This document shows positions 25,266 to 34,256 of a stretch of DNA of 61,200 bases, piece by piece. The notes beneath the pieces are model-generated. The model worked only from the letters and a program-made list of their open reading frames with translations. It did not search any database and had not been told where the DNA came from. The translations under genes were made by a program, and so were the position numbers. This stretch comes from a virus. Its lineage: Duplodnaviria > Caudoviricetes. Each line of letters opens with the position of its first letter. Within the stretch, counting starts at the first letter, position 1. The stretch covers positions 1 to 61,200 of IMG/VR virus record IMGVR_UViG_3300048574_000463; one strand, 5' to 3'.

Positions 25266-27484
25266 CCCCAATCGACGAGGATCCCGTGGGCAATCCACAA
25301 CAAAAGATCATCGATCTGAACAAGTACGCCAGACAGGATGAAAAGCCTGCACGGGCGACGCCGGCGCCCCTCAGCCAGGCCGTGGCGGATTTTCGCGCCG
25401 CCATGCTCGCCGGCGGCCTTGCCGCTACAGACGTCATCCCTGATGGACGCCTTCACCGCTGTAACGCGGTCGACGAACCGAATGCGCGCCGAAAAATGTC
25501 AGGCTGGTACAAGCTTAACCCGGACGGGAATATCCCGGCTGGCGCGTTCGGCTCCTGGGCGCACGGCACGAAAGAAACGTGGTCCTCGAAGCCGTTCTAC
25601 GAGATGAGCACCGAGGAGGCCAGGGCCACAAAAGAATTTTTCCGCAAGGCCAAAGCGGAAGCCGAGGCCGACAGGCAAGCCGAGGCGGAGGCCGCGGCCG
25701 CACGGGCAAAACAAATTTTCGATGCGGCGTCGGAGGCCACGGAACACCCCTACCTCGCGAGGAAAGGGGTCGCGGCGTTCGGTGTCCGCGTCGATAAACG
25801 AGGAGAGTTGCTTATTCCCATGTACGATCGCTGCGGCGACGTGCGGGGACTGCAGCGAATTTTGGCCGACGGACAGAAACGGTTCCTGCAAGGACAAGCG
25901 AATTCGGGTCTTTTCCACGCCATCACGTCGTCGTCGCCTGATGCGTCCAGGACGGTGTACGTGTGCGAGGGGTATGCGACCGGCGCAAGTCTACATATGG
26001 CGACCGGAGAAACCGTCCTGATCGCGTTCAATTCAAACGGTCTGGGCCCGGTCGGCGAGGCCGCACAGGAGGTGTTCCCGGGATCAAAAATCGTCTTTGC
26101 CGCAGACAACGACCGATGGACGCAAGTCAACGGCAGCCCCAAGAACGTCGGCATCGAAGCCGCACGCAAAGCGGCTGCTCCACTCGGCGCCACGGTCATC
26201 TGGCCCGAGTTCCGCGACCTCTCCACGCATCCTTCAGATTTCAACGACCTCTACGCCCTGGAAGGGCCGGACAGCGTCCGGGCCCAGGCCAAGGGGTATG
26301 TCACAAACGTCCGTGATTGGAGCATCGGAAGACTGGAAGGGTGCGAGGTGCCGGAACGGCATTGGCTGGTGGATCAGATGATTCCGCAGGACTCCGCGCT
26401 GCTGCTTGCCGCCCCGGGCGGCACAGGCAAGGGGATGACGTTGCTTGATCTGGCCATCAAGGTTGCATCCGGGCCAACACAGGGTATCGACCTGAATGCC
26501 TCAGCGGGGTTCTTTGGACACGACATCCTGGCGTACGGCCCGGTGGTCTATCTGGCCGCAGAGGACGACCAAGGCGAGGTGCATCGCCGTATCAACACCA
26601 TCGCAGGGCGATACCCGGAGAACCTCTACGTGTTGTGTCTGCCGGATATGGAAGGTCTTCAGGCCATGGTCGTCGAGGGCCGCGACGGCCCCAGGCTCAC
26701 AGACTGGTGGCACGAGCTCGTGGCGCAGATGCGCATCATCCGCCCAGCGCTGTTCATCATGGATCCGCTGGCCTGTTTCGTCTGGGCGGAGCTCAACGAC
26801 CGGCAGGTTGGCGCGTTCGTCATGGGCACGCTTTCGCACCTCGCCCGGCAGCTGCACGCCTCGGTCATCGTCGCGCACCACATGAACAAGCTCAATGAGC
26901 CCCTGAAAGACCTGGACGCGGCCAAGGCCAAAATATCCGGCTCGGCCGGATTCGTCGATCACGGCCGAGGGAGCATCGTTCTGTGGCCCGAGGAGGAATC
27001 ACGCGCCCGAAAACTGTGTAAGCAACTCGGCGTCGAATACGCCCGAGGCAAGATCATTCGTGGCGGTCTGGCTAAGAACAACTTCCTCGGGGACAACGAG
27101 GAAAAGACCTTCATCCGAGACGAAAATGGGCTCCTCATCCCGATGGATCACGGCGCCCGCATCATCGCCGCCAGAAAACAGGGAGAGCTGCTTGACCTCC
27201 TCGAAAAGGTCATCGCGCATGCCGCCGTCCAGGGACATCCGTTCCAGCACAAAGGTCGCCAGGGCCTCTACGAGAAGCGTGAACGGCTCCCGGAGACCCT
27301 TCGTGAGATGGGGCGCGACAGTCTGGAGCGTCTCGGCCGCATCCTGCTCGACGAAAAACGCATCGACAAATACCGCCCTGGAAAGGGTGGCTCGATCGAA
27401 CAATGGCTCGACATCCCCGGTGGTCCGTTCGCCCTCGGAACCGGGATTCTCGAACCGGGTGAGTATGAAAACGTATCTGAATAG
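25262..27484 (+). CDS. Toprim primase fused to an AAA_25/RepA-like helicase
   Basis: HPYLARKG, CEGYATG, AADND, SDFNDL; APGGTGKG, AAED, IMDPL, AHH. Confidence 0.9.
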   Translation: MTPIDEDPVGNPQQKIIDLNKYARQDEKPARATPAPLSQAVADFRAAMLAGGLAATDVIPDGRLHRCNAVDEPNARRKMSGWYKLNPDGNIPAGAFGSWAHGTKETWSSKPFYEMSTEEARATKEFFRKAKAEAEADRQAEAEAAAARAKQIFDAASEATEHPYLARKGVAAFGVRVDKRGELLIPMYDRCGDVRGLQRILADGQKRFLQGQANSGLFHAITSSSPDASRTVYVCEGYATGASLHMATGETVLIAFNSNGLGPVGEAAQEVFPGSKIVFAADNDRWTQVNGSPKNVGIEAARKAAAPLGATVIWPEFRDLSTHPSDFNDLYALEGPDSVRAQAKGYVTNVRDWSIGRLEGCEVPERHWLVDQMIPQDSALLLAAPGGTGKGMTLLDLAIKVASGPTQGIDLNASAGFFGHDILAYGPVVYLAAEDDQGEVHRRINTIAGRYPENLYVLCLPDMEGLQAMVVEGRDGPRLTDWWHELVAQMRIIRPALFIMDPLACFVWAELNDRQVGAFVMGTLSHLARQLHASVIVAHHMNKLNEPLKDLDAAKAKISGSAGFVDHGRGSIVLWPEEESRARKLCKQLGVEYARGKIIRGGLAKNNFLGDNEEKTFIRDENGLLIPMDHGARIIAARKQGELLDLLEKVIAHAAVQGHPFQHKGRQGLYEKRERLPETLREMGRDSLERLGRILLDEKRIDKYRPGKGGSIEQWLDIPGGPFALGTGILEPGEYENVSE

Positions 27485-27495
27485 TGCTACAAAAT

Positions 27496-27626
27496 CCGTC
27501 CCGGGTGTTACTCGAAGTTTTTCAGGGACGCCCGGGACGGGTAGTATAAATTGAGGATTCATGCGGTCTAGCGGTCCCGGGCAGGGTGCCCCCCTATAAT
27601 AGCGCTTTAGCGCATATATGGGGGGC
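27496..27626. other. Candidate replication origin (two inverted repeats)
   Basis: CCGTCCCGGG (27496) / CCCGGGACGG (27531); GCCCCCC..GCGCT-TT-AGCGC..GGGGGGC (27588-27626), directly after the primase-helicase. Confidence 0.4.
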
Positions 27627-27689
27627 GGGGCGGCCGGGGCGGAGGGGGTCGGGGGGAGAGTGTGCGTAGCACGATAAGGGGGTGACACG

Positions 27690-27977
27690 ATGGCTGAAGA
27701 AAATCGCAGGTGGAACGTGATGGCGAAAACAACGGAAAACGGCTGGGTCAATTTCCGAGCGCAAAGGACAGACGTGCATAAGCGTCGCCCAGGGCAGACA
27801 GCAGCCGTAAATCTGGCGTGGAATGGGGTTAGGTTCGCCAAAGGGACTGAGTTGTCCAGATTTGGAGAACTCGAAAAAAGTGACCGCGTCGAGATTATGC
27901 GCCAGATGCGAATAATCCTGGAGCTCGGGCTTCCGCCGTTGCCAGATGGCCGTTGGCCAGAGTGTGAGCTGGCATGA
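27690..27977 (+). CDS. Hypothetical protein
   Basis: RBS and ATGA coupling to rusA. Confidence 0.55.
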   Translation: MAEENRRWNVMAKTTENGWVNFRAQRTDVHKRRPGQTAAVNLAWNGVRFAKGTELSRFGELEKSDRVEIMRQMRIILELGLPPLPDGRWPECELA

Positions 27978-28333
27978 TTACCCTCACCTTGCCCTGGCCA
28001 CCCAGCACGAACCGGACCTGGAGACGCTCGGGACGGCACATGCACTTGGCGACGTCGGCCAAGCTCTACAGGCTGGCGGTCAAGTCAATCGTCGCGGCGG
28101 CGAAGCTCCCAAAACTCCCCTTAATCGGGCAGTTGACGGTGACCGTGACGCTGTGTCCGCCGGACAATCGACGCCGGGACGAAGACAACTTCGCTGGTAA
28201 AGCCCTGTTCGACGCGATCACTCACGCCGGTGTCTGGGGAGACGATTCCCAGGTCCGGAGGAAAACCGTCGAGTGGGGAGACGTGGTCAAGGGCGGATGC
28301 GTCAAAGTCGAAATTAACCCCCTACGCAGTTAA
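27974..28333 (+). CDS. rusA: RusA Holliday junction resolvase
   Basis: LPWPPSTN, PPDNRRRDEDN..K..FDA...GVWGDDSQV. Confidence 0.9.
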   Translation: MITLTLPWPPSTNRTWRRSGRHMHLATSAKLYRLAVKSIVAAAKLPKLPLIGQLTVTVTLCPPDNRRRDEDNFAGKALFDAITHAGVWGDDSQVRRKTVEWGDVVKGGCVKVEINPLRS

Positions 28334-28346
28334 ACTGGAGGGACGT

Positions 28347-28856
28347 ATGCCAGGAGGACGCCCGATTAGCCGGGACTACACCAAGGTGGAAGGAGACCTG
28401 ATCTGTGAGCGGATCATGGAGGGCATGCCGCTGGACAGGATCTGCGCGATGCCGGACATGCCGTGCCGCCCGACGGTCATCAAGTGGCTGACCAAGTACC
28501 CGGCGTTCGCTGCGGATTACGCTCGTGCGCGGGGTTTCCAGGCGGATCATCTCGCCGACGAGATCGTGCATATCGCGGACACGGAGCCGGACCCGCAGAT
28601 CGCCCGGAATCGCATTGACGCTAGAAAGTGGGTGGCCGCAAAGCTCCGGCCGTCGCGCTACGGCGACCGGGTCGAGGTCGAGCACAGCGGGTCCGTGGGG
28701 CAAGCTGCCGCGCCTGTCATCAACGTCCTGATCCAAGCAGAAAAGGGCAATGATGTGCTGACAGTGCGCACGACGCCAGGAATCTGTGACACGCTTAGGG
28801 ACAAACAGGCTCTCCCGGCGGCTAATAATCTGCAAAGTGAGCCAGAAAAGTCGTAA
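28347..28856 (+). CDS. terS: Terminase small subunit
   Basis: GRP..Y, ICERIMEG..L..IC...MP...TV..WL, YARAR, RIDARKWVAAKL.P..YGD. Confidence 0.85.
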   Translation: MPGGRPISRDYTKVEGDLICERIMEGMPLDRICAMPDMPCRPTVIKWLTKYPAFAADYARARGFQADHLADEIVHIADTEPDPQIARNRIDARKWVAAKLRPSRYGDRVEVEHSGSVGQAAAPVINVLIQAEKGNDVLTVRTTPGICDTLRDKQALPAANNLQSEPEKS

Positions 28857-28891
28857 GTTGTCGGAATAGCAAGGAAAACAGAGATGGGCAA

Positions 28892-28919
28892 AGTTTACCT
28901 AATGGTCATTATGGGACAA
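28892..28919 (-). other. dif-like XerCD site (candidate)
   Basis: Minus strand TTGTCCCATAA-TGACCA-TTAGGTAAACT, 11-6-11 layout. Confidence 0.5.
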
Positions 28920-29369
28920 ACTTTGGTGCATGGTGGCACGGGCGAAATGCGATGCAGCGTCAAGCAGCATGACAATGCAGTGTTGGTGTTGCAGTGGCCG
29001 AGACAAGGGGATATGCAGTGAAACCGTTAGGTGCTCGTGGTCTGTATATGCTGCGCATTGCAGTGTGGTGCATTGCCACAACGTGGGCGACATCGTGCAT
29101 CCTCAATGCCAGTTTTTGAGGGGCTGAAGGCGGGGGTAGTGGGTGATCCGCCCCAGTTGGCCTGGGTCACCCAGGGTGATGGATGGTGCCACATGCGGCG
29201 CGGCGATGCAATCCCGAGCTGATGAAGGGGCGGCCGACCCCTACCCCCTCCCCCTGTCGTCCGGGGCGGGCGGGGAGCCGATAACCCCCACCCATACCCC
29301 CCAGAGCGTGCGTCAGATGTTTTGTGGTACCCACCCCGGGAAATTTTTTGAAACTTACAAAGGTTCATC

Positions 29370-30938
29370 ATGTCACAGCCAGCCGATATAACGTTCAAAT
29401 TGCATGCCCGCCAGGGTGAGGCTTTGACTACACCCGCGACGGAGGTTTTGTTTGGAGGCGCGGCCGGGGGCGGCAAGTCGCATCTGCTTCGTGTTGCGCC
29501 GATTCTTTGGTGCGTTGAAGTCCCGGGGCTGCAAGTGTCCCTGTTCCGCCGCTTATCGGTTGATATGGTATCGAACCATATGGATGGGCCGACGGGTTTT
29601 CCTGTGATGCTGTCCGAGTATACGAAAAGTGACTTTGCAAAAATAAACTGGAGCGACCTGACGATAACGTTTAAGAACGGCCCAAGCGGTGGGTATGAGG
29701 GAGGGTCTGCTATAAAGATGTGCCACTGCAAGGACGAAAAGGACAAATATAAGTATCAAGGTCAAGAGATACATGTTCTTCTTGTTGATGAGTTGACCCA
29801 TTTTACAGAGAGTATCTATCGATTTATCCGTGGCCGCGTTCGGCTTGGGGGGTTGGCCATCCCCGAACATCGGCGCGGGTTTTTCCCTCGGGTTCTTTGC
29901 GGCGCGAACCCTGGGAACGTGGGGCATGGGTTCGTGAAGAACATGTTCATCGACGGCGTGCGGCCACGGGAAATCAGGAAGATGCCTCCGGAGGAGGGTG
30001 GATTCTCGCGGCAATTCATCCCGTCGAGATTGGAGGACAACCCGACGCTGATGGAGAACGATCCCGAGTACGAACAGCGGCTGGAGGGCTTGGGCAATCC
30101 GGCGCTGGTGAGGGCGATGCGGCATGGCGATTGGGACGTGTTTACTGGGCAGGCGTTTAATTTCAACCAGTCCCACCATGTGGTGAAGCCGATGCCGATC
30201 CCGGAGGGCGCGCCGCTGTATATGACGTTCGATTGGGGGTACGGAGCGCCGTTTTCTGTGGGCTGGTGGTGGGTTGACGCGGACGGCAGGCTTTACCGTT
30301 TTGCGGAGTGGTACGGGTGGAGCGGCACGCCAAACGAGGGGCTACGGAAGACGGACCCGGAGATAGCGCAGGGGATTAGGGAGCGTGAGCGGGAGATGGG
30401 GATTTCGGGGAAGAACATTCTGCGGCTGGCCGGGCAGGACTGTTTCTCGAAGAAGCCGAATTACCAGGGCGGCGGCCAGGGCCCGAGCACGTCTGAGGAG
30501 TTTGCGAAACATGGTGTGTTTTTGACGCACGGCGACCCGAACAGGAAGCTTAAGATTCGGCAGTTTCGGGAGCGGCTGCGGGTTCCTACGGACGGATCGC
30601 GGCCGATGTTGGTGGTGTACGAGACGTGCGTGCAGTTCATCCGGACGATTCCGGCGATTGTGATGGATGAGCATTTTATCGAGGACGTGGACCAGAAGGG
30701 GGAGGACCACATTTACGATGAGGCGTGCCATGTCTGTATGGCGAGGCCCATGGGCGAGGCGTCGCCGCAGCCTTCGCAGACGACGCTGGCGTCGAGGATT
30801 ATTGATTTGTGCGAGAGCGAAAGAACGAGCGAGTTGGATGATGTTTTGGGTGTTTATGGCGTGGACGGCGGCGCATCGAACAGGCTCTTGGGGTTATCCC
30901 GTGAGCAAGAGATGGAGGAAGATCCATGGGCGTGGTGA
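29370..30938 (+). CDS. terL: Terminase large subunit
   Basis: GGAAGGGKS, VDELTHF, GANPG..GH, DNPTL, FDWGY, EDHIYDE. Confidence 0.93.
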   Translation: MSQPADITFKLHARQGEALTTPATEVLFGGAAGGGKSHLLRVAPILWCVEVPGLQVSLFRRLSVDMVSNHMDGPTGFPVMLSEYTKSDFAKINWSDLTITFKNGPSGGYEGGSAIKMCHCKDEKDKYKYQGQEIHVLLVDELTHFTESIYRFIRGRVRLGGLAIPEHRRGFFPRVLCGANPGNVGHGFVKNMFIDGVRPREIRKMPPEEGGFSRQFIPSRLEDNPTLMENDPEYEQRLEGLGNPALVRAMRHGDWDVFTGQAFNFNQSHHVVKPMPIPEGAPLYMTFDWGYGAPFSVGWWWVDADGRLYRFAEWYGWSGTPNEGLRKTDPEIAQGIREREREMGISGKNILRLAGQDCFSKKPNYQGGGQGPSTSEEFAKHGVFLTHGDPNRKLKIRQFRERLRVPTDGSRPMLVVYETCVQFIRTIPAIVMDEHFIEDVDQKGEDHIYDEACHVCMARPMGEASPQPSQTTLASRIIDLCESERTSELDDVLGVYGVDGGASNRLLGLSREQEMEEDPWAW

Positions 30939-31111
30939 GCGAGGACATGCTGCTGGGAAAGGATCAGATTTTGGCGTATGTGCAGCGGGCTGACTGGCGT
31001 GCAGTGCTAAAACTTGTGAAGGAGAAGGGATTTCCGGCGAAGAAGTTTTGCGGCCGCTGGGAGTCGAGCAGGTCGCTTGTGGACGCCTGGCACAAGGGCC
31101 AGCTATCGTGA
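30926..31111 (+). CDS. Small HTH DNA-binding protein, possible late regulator
   Basis: LLGKDQILAY..GFPAKK..GRWES...VDAW. Confidence 0.55.
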   Translation: MGVVSEDMLLGKDQILAYVQRADWRAVLKLVKEKGFPAKKFCGRWESSRSLVDAWHKGQLS

Positions 31112-31264
31112 CGCACATTTTTGCTATGTTTTGCATCGTTTTTACATCTGCCATTTGCGAGAAATCTCTGTATCATTTTCGCATACAGTAGACGCGGCCT
31201 GATGGACCCGCCATATCGGCGCGGATTTGTGCAGGCCGCCCCCCTGTGAGAGTAGGGGTGGCAG

Positions 31265-31633
31265 ATGTTCCAGTTCAGCAAGCGGTCAAGCGACAACCTG
31301 GCGCAGTGTGACCCGCGTCTCCAAAAGGTGGCTCACGAGGCCGCCAACTACTTCAATTTCACCATCATCTGCGGGCATCGTGGCCAAGAAGAGCAGGACA
31401 GGGCGTGGCGTGAGGGCCGGTCGAAGCTGCGGTTTCCCCGGTCCAAGCACAACCAGGCTCCGTCTCTGGCGATGGACTGCGTGCCGTACCCGCTCGACTG
31501 GAACGATACGAAGGCGTTCCAGGAAATGGCGCGGGTCATGAAGCAGGCGGCCAAGACAGTGGGCGTGGACCTTGTTTGGGGCGGCGACTGGAAGGGGTTT
31601 GTGGACATGCCGCATTTCGAGGTGAAGCCATGA
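31265..31633 (+). CDS. Endolysin, M15 peptidase
   Basis: FSKRS..NL, GHR..EEQ, SKHN...A.D, WGGDW..FVDMPHFE. Confidence 0.9.
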   Translation: MFQFSKRSSDNLAQCDPRLQKVAHEAANYFNFTIICGHRGQEEQDRAWREGRSKLRFPRSKHNQAPSLAMDCVPYPLDWNDTKAFQEMARVMKQAAKTVGVDLVWGGDWKGFVDMPHFEVKP

Positions 31634-32052
31634 CGCGCGCTGACCTCGCCAAACTCTCGGAGAAGGAGCTCGTGGCCCGTGTCGTATGGGGTGAATGCCG
31701 AGGCGCTGACCGCATGGAGGCCCGGGCCATCGCGCACGTGATCTGCAACCGTGCCGCCCGGCCTGGCTGGTGGGGCCGCGACATCAAGGGCGTGTGCCTC
31801 AAGGCCAAGCAGTTCTCTTGCCTGAACGAGGGCGACCCGAACCTTCCCAAGATCCTTGCCGGGGATTTCTCGGACGGCTCATGGGCCACCTGCATGGAAG
31901 AGGCGGCCGGGGCCATCGAGGGGATCACGCTCGATCCGGCCGGCGGGGCCACGGGCTATCACGCCACCAGCATGAAGACCTTCCCGAACTGGACCATCGG
32001 CCGCAAGCCCCTGGCGAAGATCGGGAAGCACCTGTTCTACGAGGTGCGGTGA
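31630..32052 (+). CDS. SleB/Hydrolase_2 cell-wall hydrolase
   Basis: ARVVWGECRG, VICNR, QFSC.N, GAT.YH, IGKHLFY. Confidence 0.88.
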   Translation: MTRADLAKLSEKELVARVVWGECRGADRMEARAIAHVICNRAARPGWWGRDIKGVCLKAKQFSCLNEGDPNLPKILAGDFSDGSWATCMEEAAGAIEGITLDPAGGATGYHATSMKTFPNWTIGRKPLAKIGKHLFYEVR

Positions 32053-32204
32053 TGGGTCTGCGCGACCACCTCCAACACCACCTGAACGGCCTACACCTTG
32101 CCTGCCGCCTGAACTGCTGGGGCCTGCCCTGGTGCGTGGCGTGGCGGGTGGGCGGCTTTATCGGCGGGCTTGTGCGCCCCCTTATTTACCGGAGGAAGAA
32201 GTGA
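32052..32204 (+). CDS. 50-aa cationic amphipathic protein in the lysis cassette
   Basis: MGLRDHLQHHLNGLHLACRL...LIYRRKK, coupled on both sides. Confidence 0.5.
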   Translation: MGLRDHLQHHLNGLHLACRLNCWGLPWCVAWRVGGFIGGLVRPLIYRRKK

Positions 32205-32419
32205 CCATCGACTTCCTGAAAACCGCCAAATCCACAACGGTCTGGTCCGCCCTGGCCATGTTCATCTTCGCGCTGACCGGCATGGAAATCTCCGTCGTCA
32301 TCAACGGCAAGGTGTTCCCCCTGGATCGGCTGCCCGAGGCCCTGGCCTTCGTCGGCATCCTCATGGGCCGCGCAACCGCCAAGGGGCCGCTGGTCGGTAA
32401 CGGGGGCGAGAATGCCTGA
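32201..32419 (+). CDS. Putative holin (two TM)
   Basis: KSTTVWSAL TM1, TM2 followed by GRATAKGPL; GGAGG RBS. Confidence 0.65.
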   Translation: MTIDFLKTAKSTTVWSALAMFIFALTGMEISVVINGKVFPLDRLPEALAFVGILMGRATAKGPLVGNGGENA

Positions 32420-32747
32420 CGCGACCCTGGCCTTGCCGTCTTGGTGGGGGACCATCCCTGACGCTCACCGTGAAGCCCAGATGAATGGGTGCGGACCCGC
32501 CTCGTGGAAGCTCAAGTTCAACACGATTTGGGGGCTGGACGTTTCGCCCGCATGCAACGTCCACGACGTGGAATACGCCTTCGGTAACAACCGTTCTTCG
32601 GCCGACGCCCGGTTTTTCGCCAACATGTGCCTTTTGATCGCGCAGGGTTCGCGGTGGCTGTTCCCGCTGCGGATGCTTCGTGCGTTCGCCATGTTCACGG
32701 CTGTCCGCGAGGGCGGGGCCAAACACTACTCGGGGGAGAACCCATGA
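32412..32747 (+). CDS. Phospholipase A2-like protein
   Basis: NGCGP, CNVHDVEY, ADARF. Confidence 0.55.
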   Translation: MPDATLALPSWWGTIPDAHREAQMNGCGPASWKLKFNTIWGLDVSPACNVHDVEYAFGNNRSSADARFFANMCLLIAQGSRWLFPLRMLRAFAMFTAVREGGAKHYSGENP

Positions 32748-33202
32748 TCCGCAACTCCATCAATTGGCTTCTGTCCGGCCTTGCCGCGGTGTGCCTTGTC
32801 GTCCTGCTGGGCCTGTGTACGGGATGCGTGACGACCGGGACCACCACGACCATCAATGCCGATGGGACGACCACGACCACCTCCAATTCAGTGTCCTCGA
32901 TGCTCTCTCAGCTCCCCGGCGTCCTCACGGCTTTGGGCGACGTCATCGCTACCTCGCCCCTGGACGCTGATACACAGACGCAAATCAAATCGTACCTGAC
33001 GGCTGCATCCACAGCCCTGGCTGCGCTTGAGACGGACGGCGACGCGGACATGCTGACGCAACTTTTGAGCGCCGTAACCGCCGTGTCCGATATCGTGGGC
33101 GCATCGAGCGCCGACGCCGCGACACAGACACAGGTGGGCAACTACATCGCATGGGCCAAGTTTGCGATCAACATCATCAAGCTTTTTGGCGCGTTCGCGT
33201 AA
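32744..33202 (+). CDS. Lipoprotein, spanin candidate
   Basis: Signal peptide ending LCTGC; duplicated helix; hydrophobic C-terminus. Confidence 0.6.
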   Translation: MIRNSINWLLSGLAAVCLVVLLGLCTGCVTTGTTTTINADGTTTTTSNSVSSMLSQLPGVLTALGDVIATSPLDADTQTQIKSYLTAASTALAALETDGDADMLTQLLSAVTAVSDIVGASSADAATQTQVGNYIAWAKFAINIIKLFGAFA

Positions 33203-33213
33203 GGGCCGCCTCG

Positions 33214-33600
33214 ATGCCCCCCGACATTGAACTTCACGAGGTCCGGCGCTTGGAGGGCAAGATGGAGGCCATGGAGGCGCGGATTTTGGCCGCCATCAAG
33301 GAGCTGCGTGACGACACGGCGGCGGCCATGGTCCGTGTCGAATCCAAGCAGTCGGCCAGGGACAAGATGTGCGCGTCCGCCGAGGCCGCAAACCTCGCCC
33401 GGGACCGGGAGATCAAGGAACTCAAAGACTCCAGGAAAGAGGCGGCCGTCTATGACACTCGGCTGGCCCGGCTGGAGGTCATTGTGGGCTTCCTGGTGAA
33501 ATTCGGGTGGGTCATCGCGGCGGCCACCATCACCATGATCGGCAACACCGTCTGGTCATCGATCACCGCCCACATGGCCGTGAAGGCGGCCGGGGGCTGA
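33214..33600 (+). CDS. Coiled-coil protein with C-terminal TM
   Basis: RLARLEVIVGFLVKFGWVIAAATITMIG. Confidence 0.65.
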   Translation: MPPDIELHEVRRLEGKMEAMEARILAAIKELRDDTAAAMVRVESKQSARDKMCASAEAANLARDREIKELKDSRKEAAVYDTRLARLEVIVGFLVKFGWVIAAATITMIGNTVWSSITAHMAVKAAGG

Positions 33601-33637
33601 CACGGCTTGAAACGGTTTATGAGCAAGGACGGGGGAA

Positions 33638-33856
33638 ATGATGTTCACCATTCAGGAACTTTTCGGCGCAATGGGCTTTAGCGTGGCCGTGTCCGCCGCT
33701 TCGTTTTTCGCAGGCTGGAAATGTGGCCGTGACAGCAAAAATGAGCCGATGTTCCAGTACCCGATAGCCCCCGTCGTCGAGAGAAAAGACGATCCGATGA
33801 TGGGGCCTGACGAGGCGGACCCTTGGGAAGAAGCCATGGGGGGAAGTCGTGGTTAG
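33638..33856 (+). CDS. Small membrane-anchored protein
   Basis: N-terminal hydrophobic segment then FFAGWKCGR; acidic tail. Confidence 0.55.
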   Translation: MMFTIQELFGAMGFSVAVSAASFFAGWKCGRDSKNEPMFQYPIAPVVERKDDPMMGPDEADPWEEAMGGSRG

Positions 33857-34256
33857 AAAGCTGGTTTGCGAAATCTGCCTGACCGATATCGGCAGATTCG
33901 ACGATGCCGCGATATCCCAGCCGATGCGGCCGGGCATGTTTCTTCCCCTGGCAGAAGGATACGCACAGCCGTTCCCGACCGAGGTGGAATGGGAATATTT
34001 TCTCTGCCCGGTTTGCGGCAAGCGCGCCATGGGTTGGGACGCGGAGATGGAAGGCCTGACCCGTGAGGATAGGCTTTTGACCGACACGGGGTTTTTCGTG
34101 GTTCCGAAGGTCCCCGTCGTGGCGGATGGCGTAGCGGATGCGCCCGTAGTCACTGCTGTCGCTGCGGCTGTGCAAGCGCCAGCCCCGCGCAGGAAATATA
34201 AGCCCCGGGAGAAGAAGTCTGGCGACCGGGGAAAGAAGCGGGGCGGAGGTAAATAG
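33849..34256 (+). CDS. Zinc-ribbon hypothetical protein
   Basis: CEIC and CPVC; basic tail. Confidence 0.6.
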   Translation: MVRKLVCEICLTDIGRFDDAAISQPMRPGMFLPLAEGYAQPFPTEVEWEYFLCPVCGKRAMGWDAEMEGLTREDRLLTDTGFFVVPKVPVVADGVADAPVVTAVAAAVQAPAPRRKYKPREKKSGDRGKKRGGGK

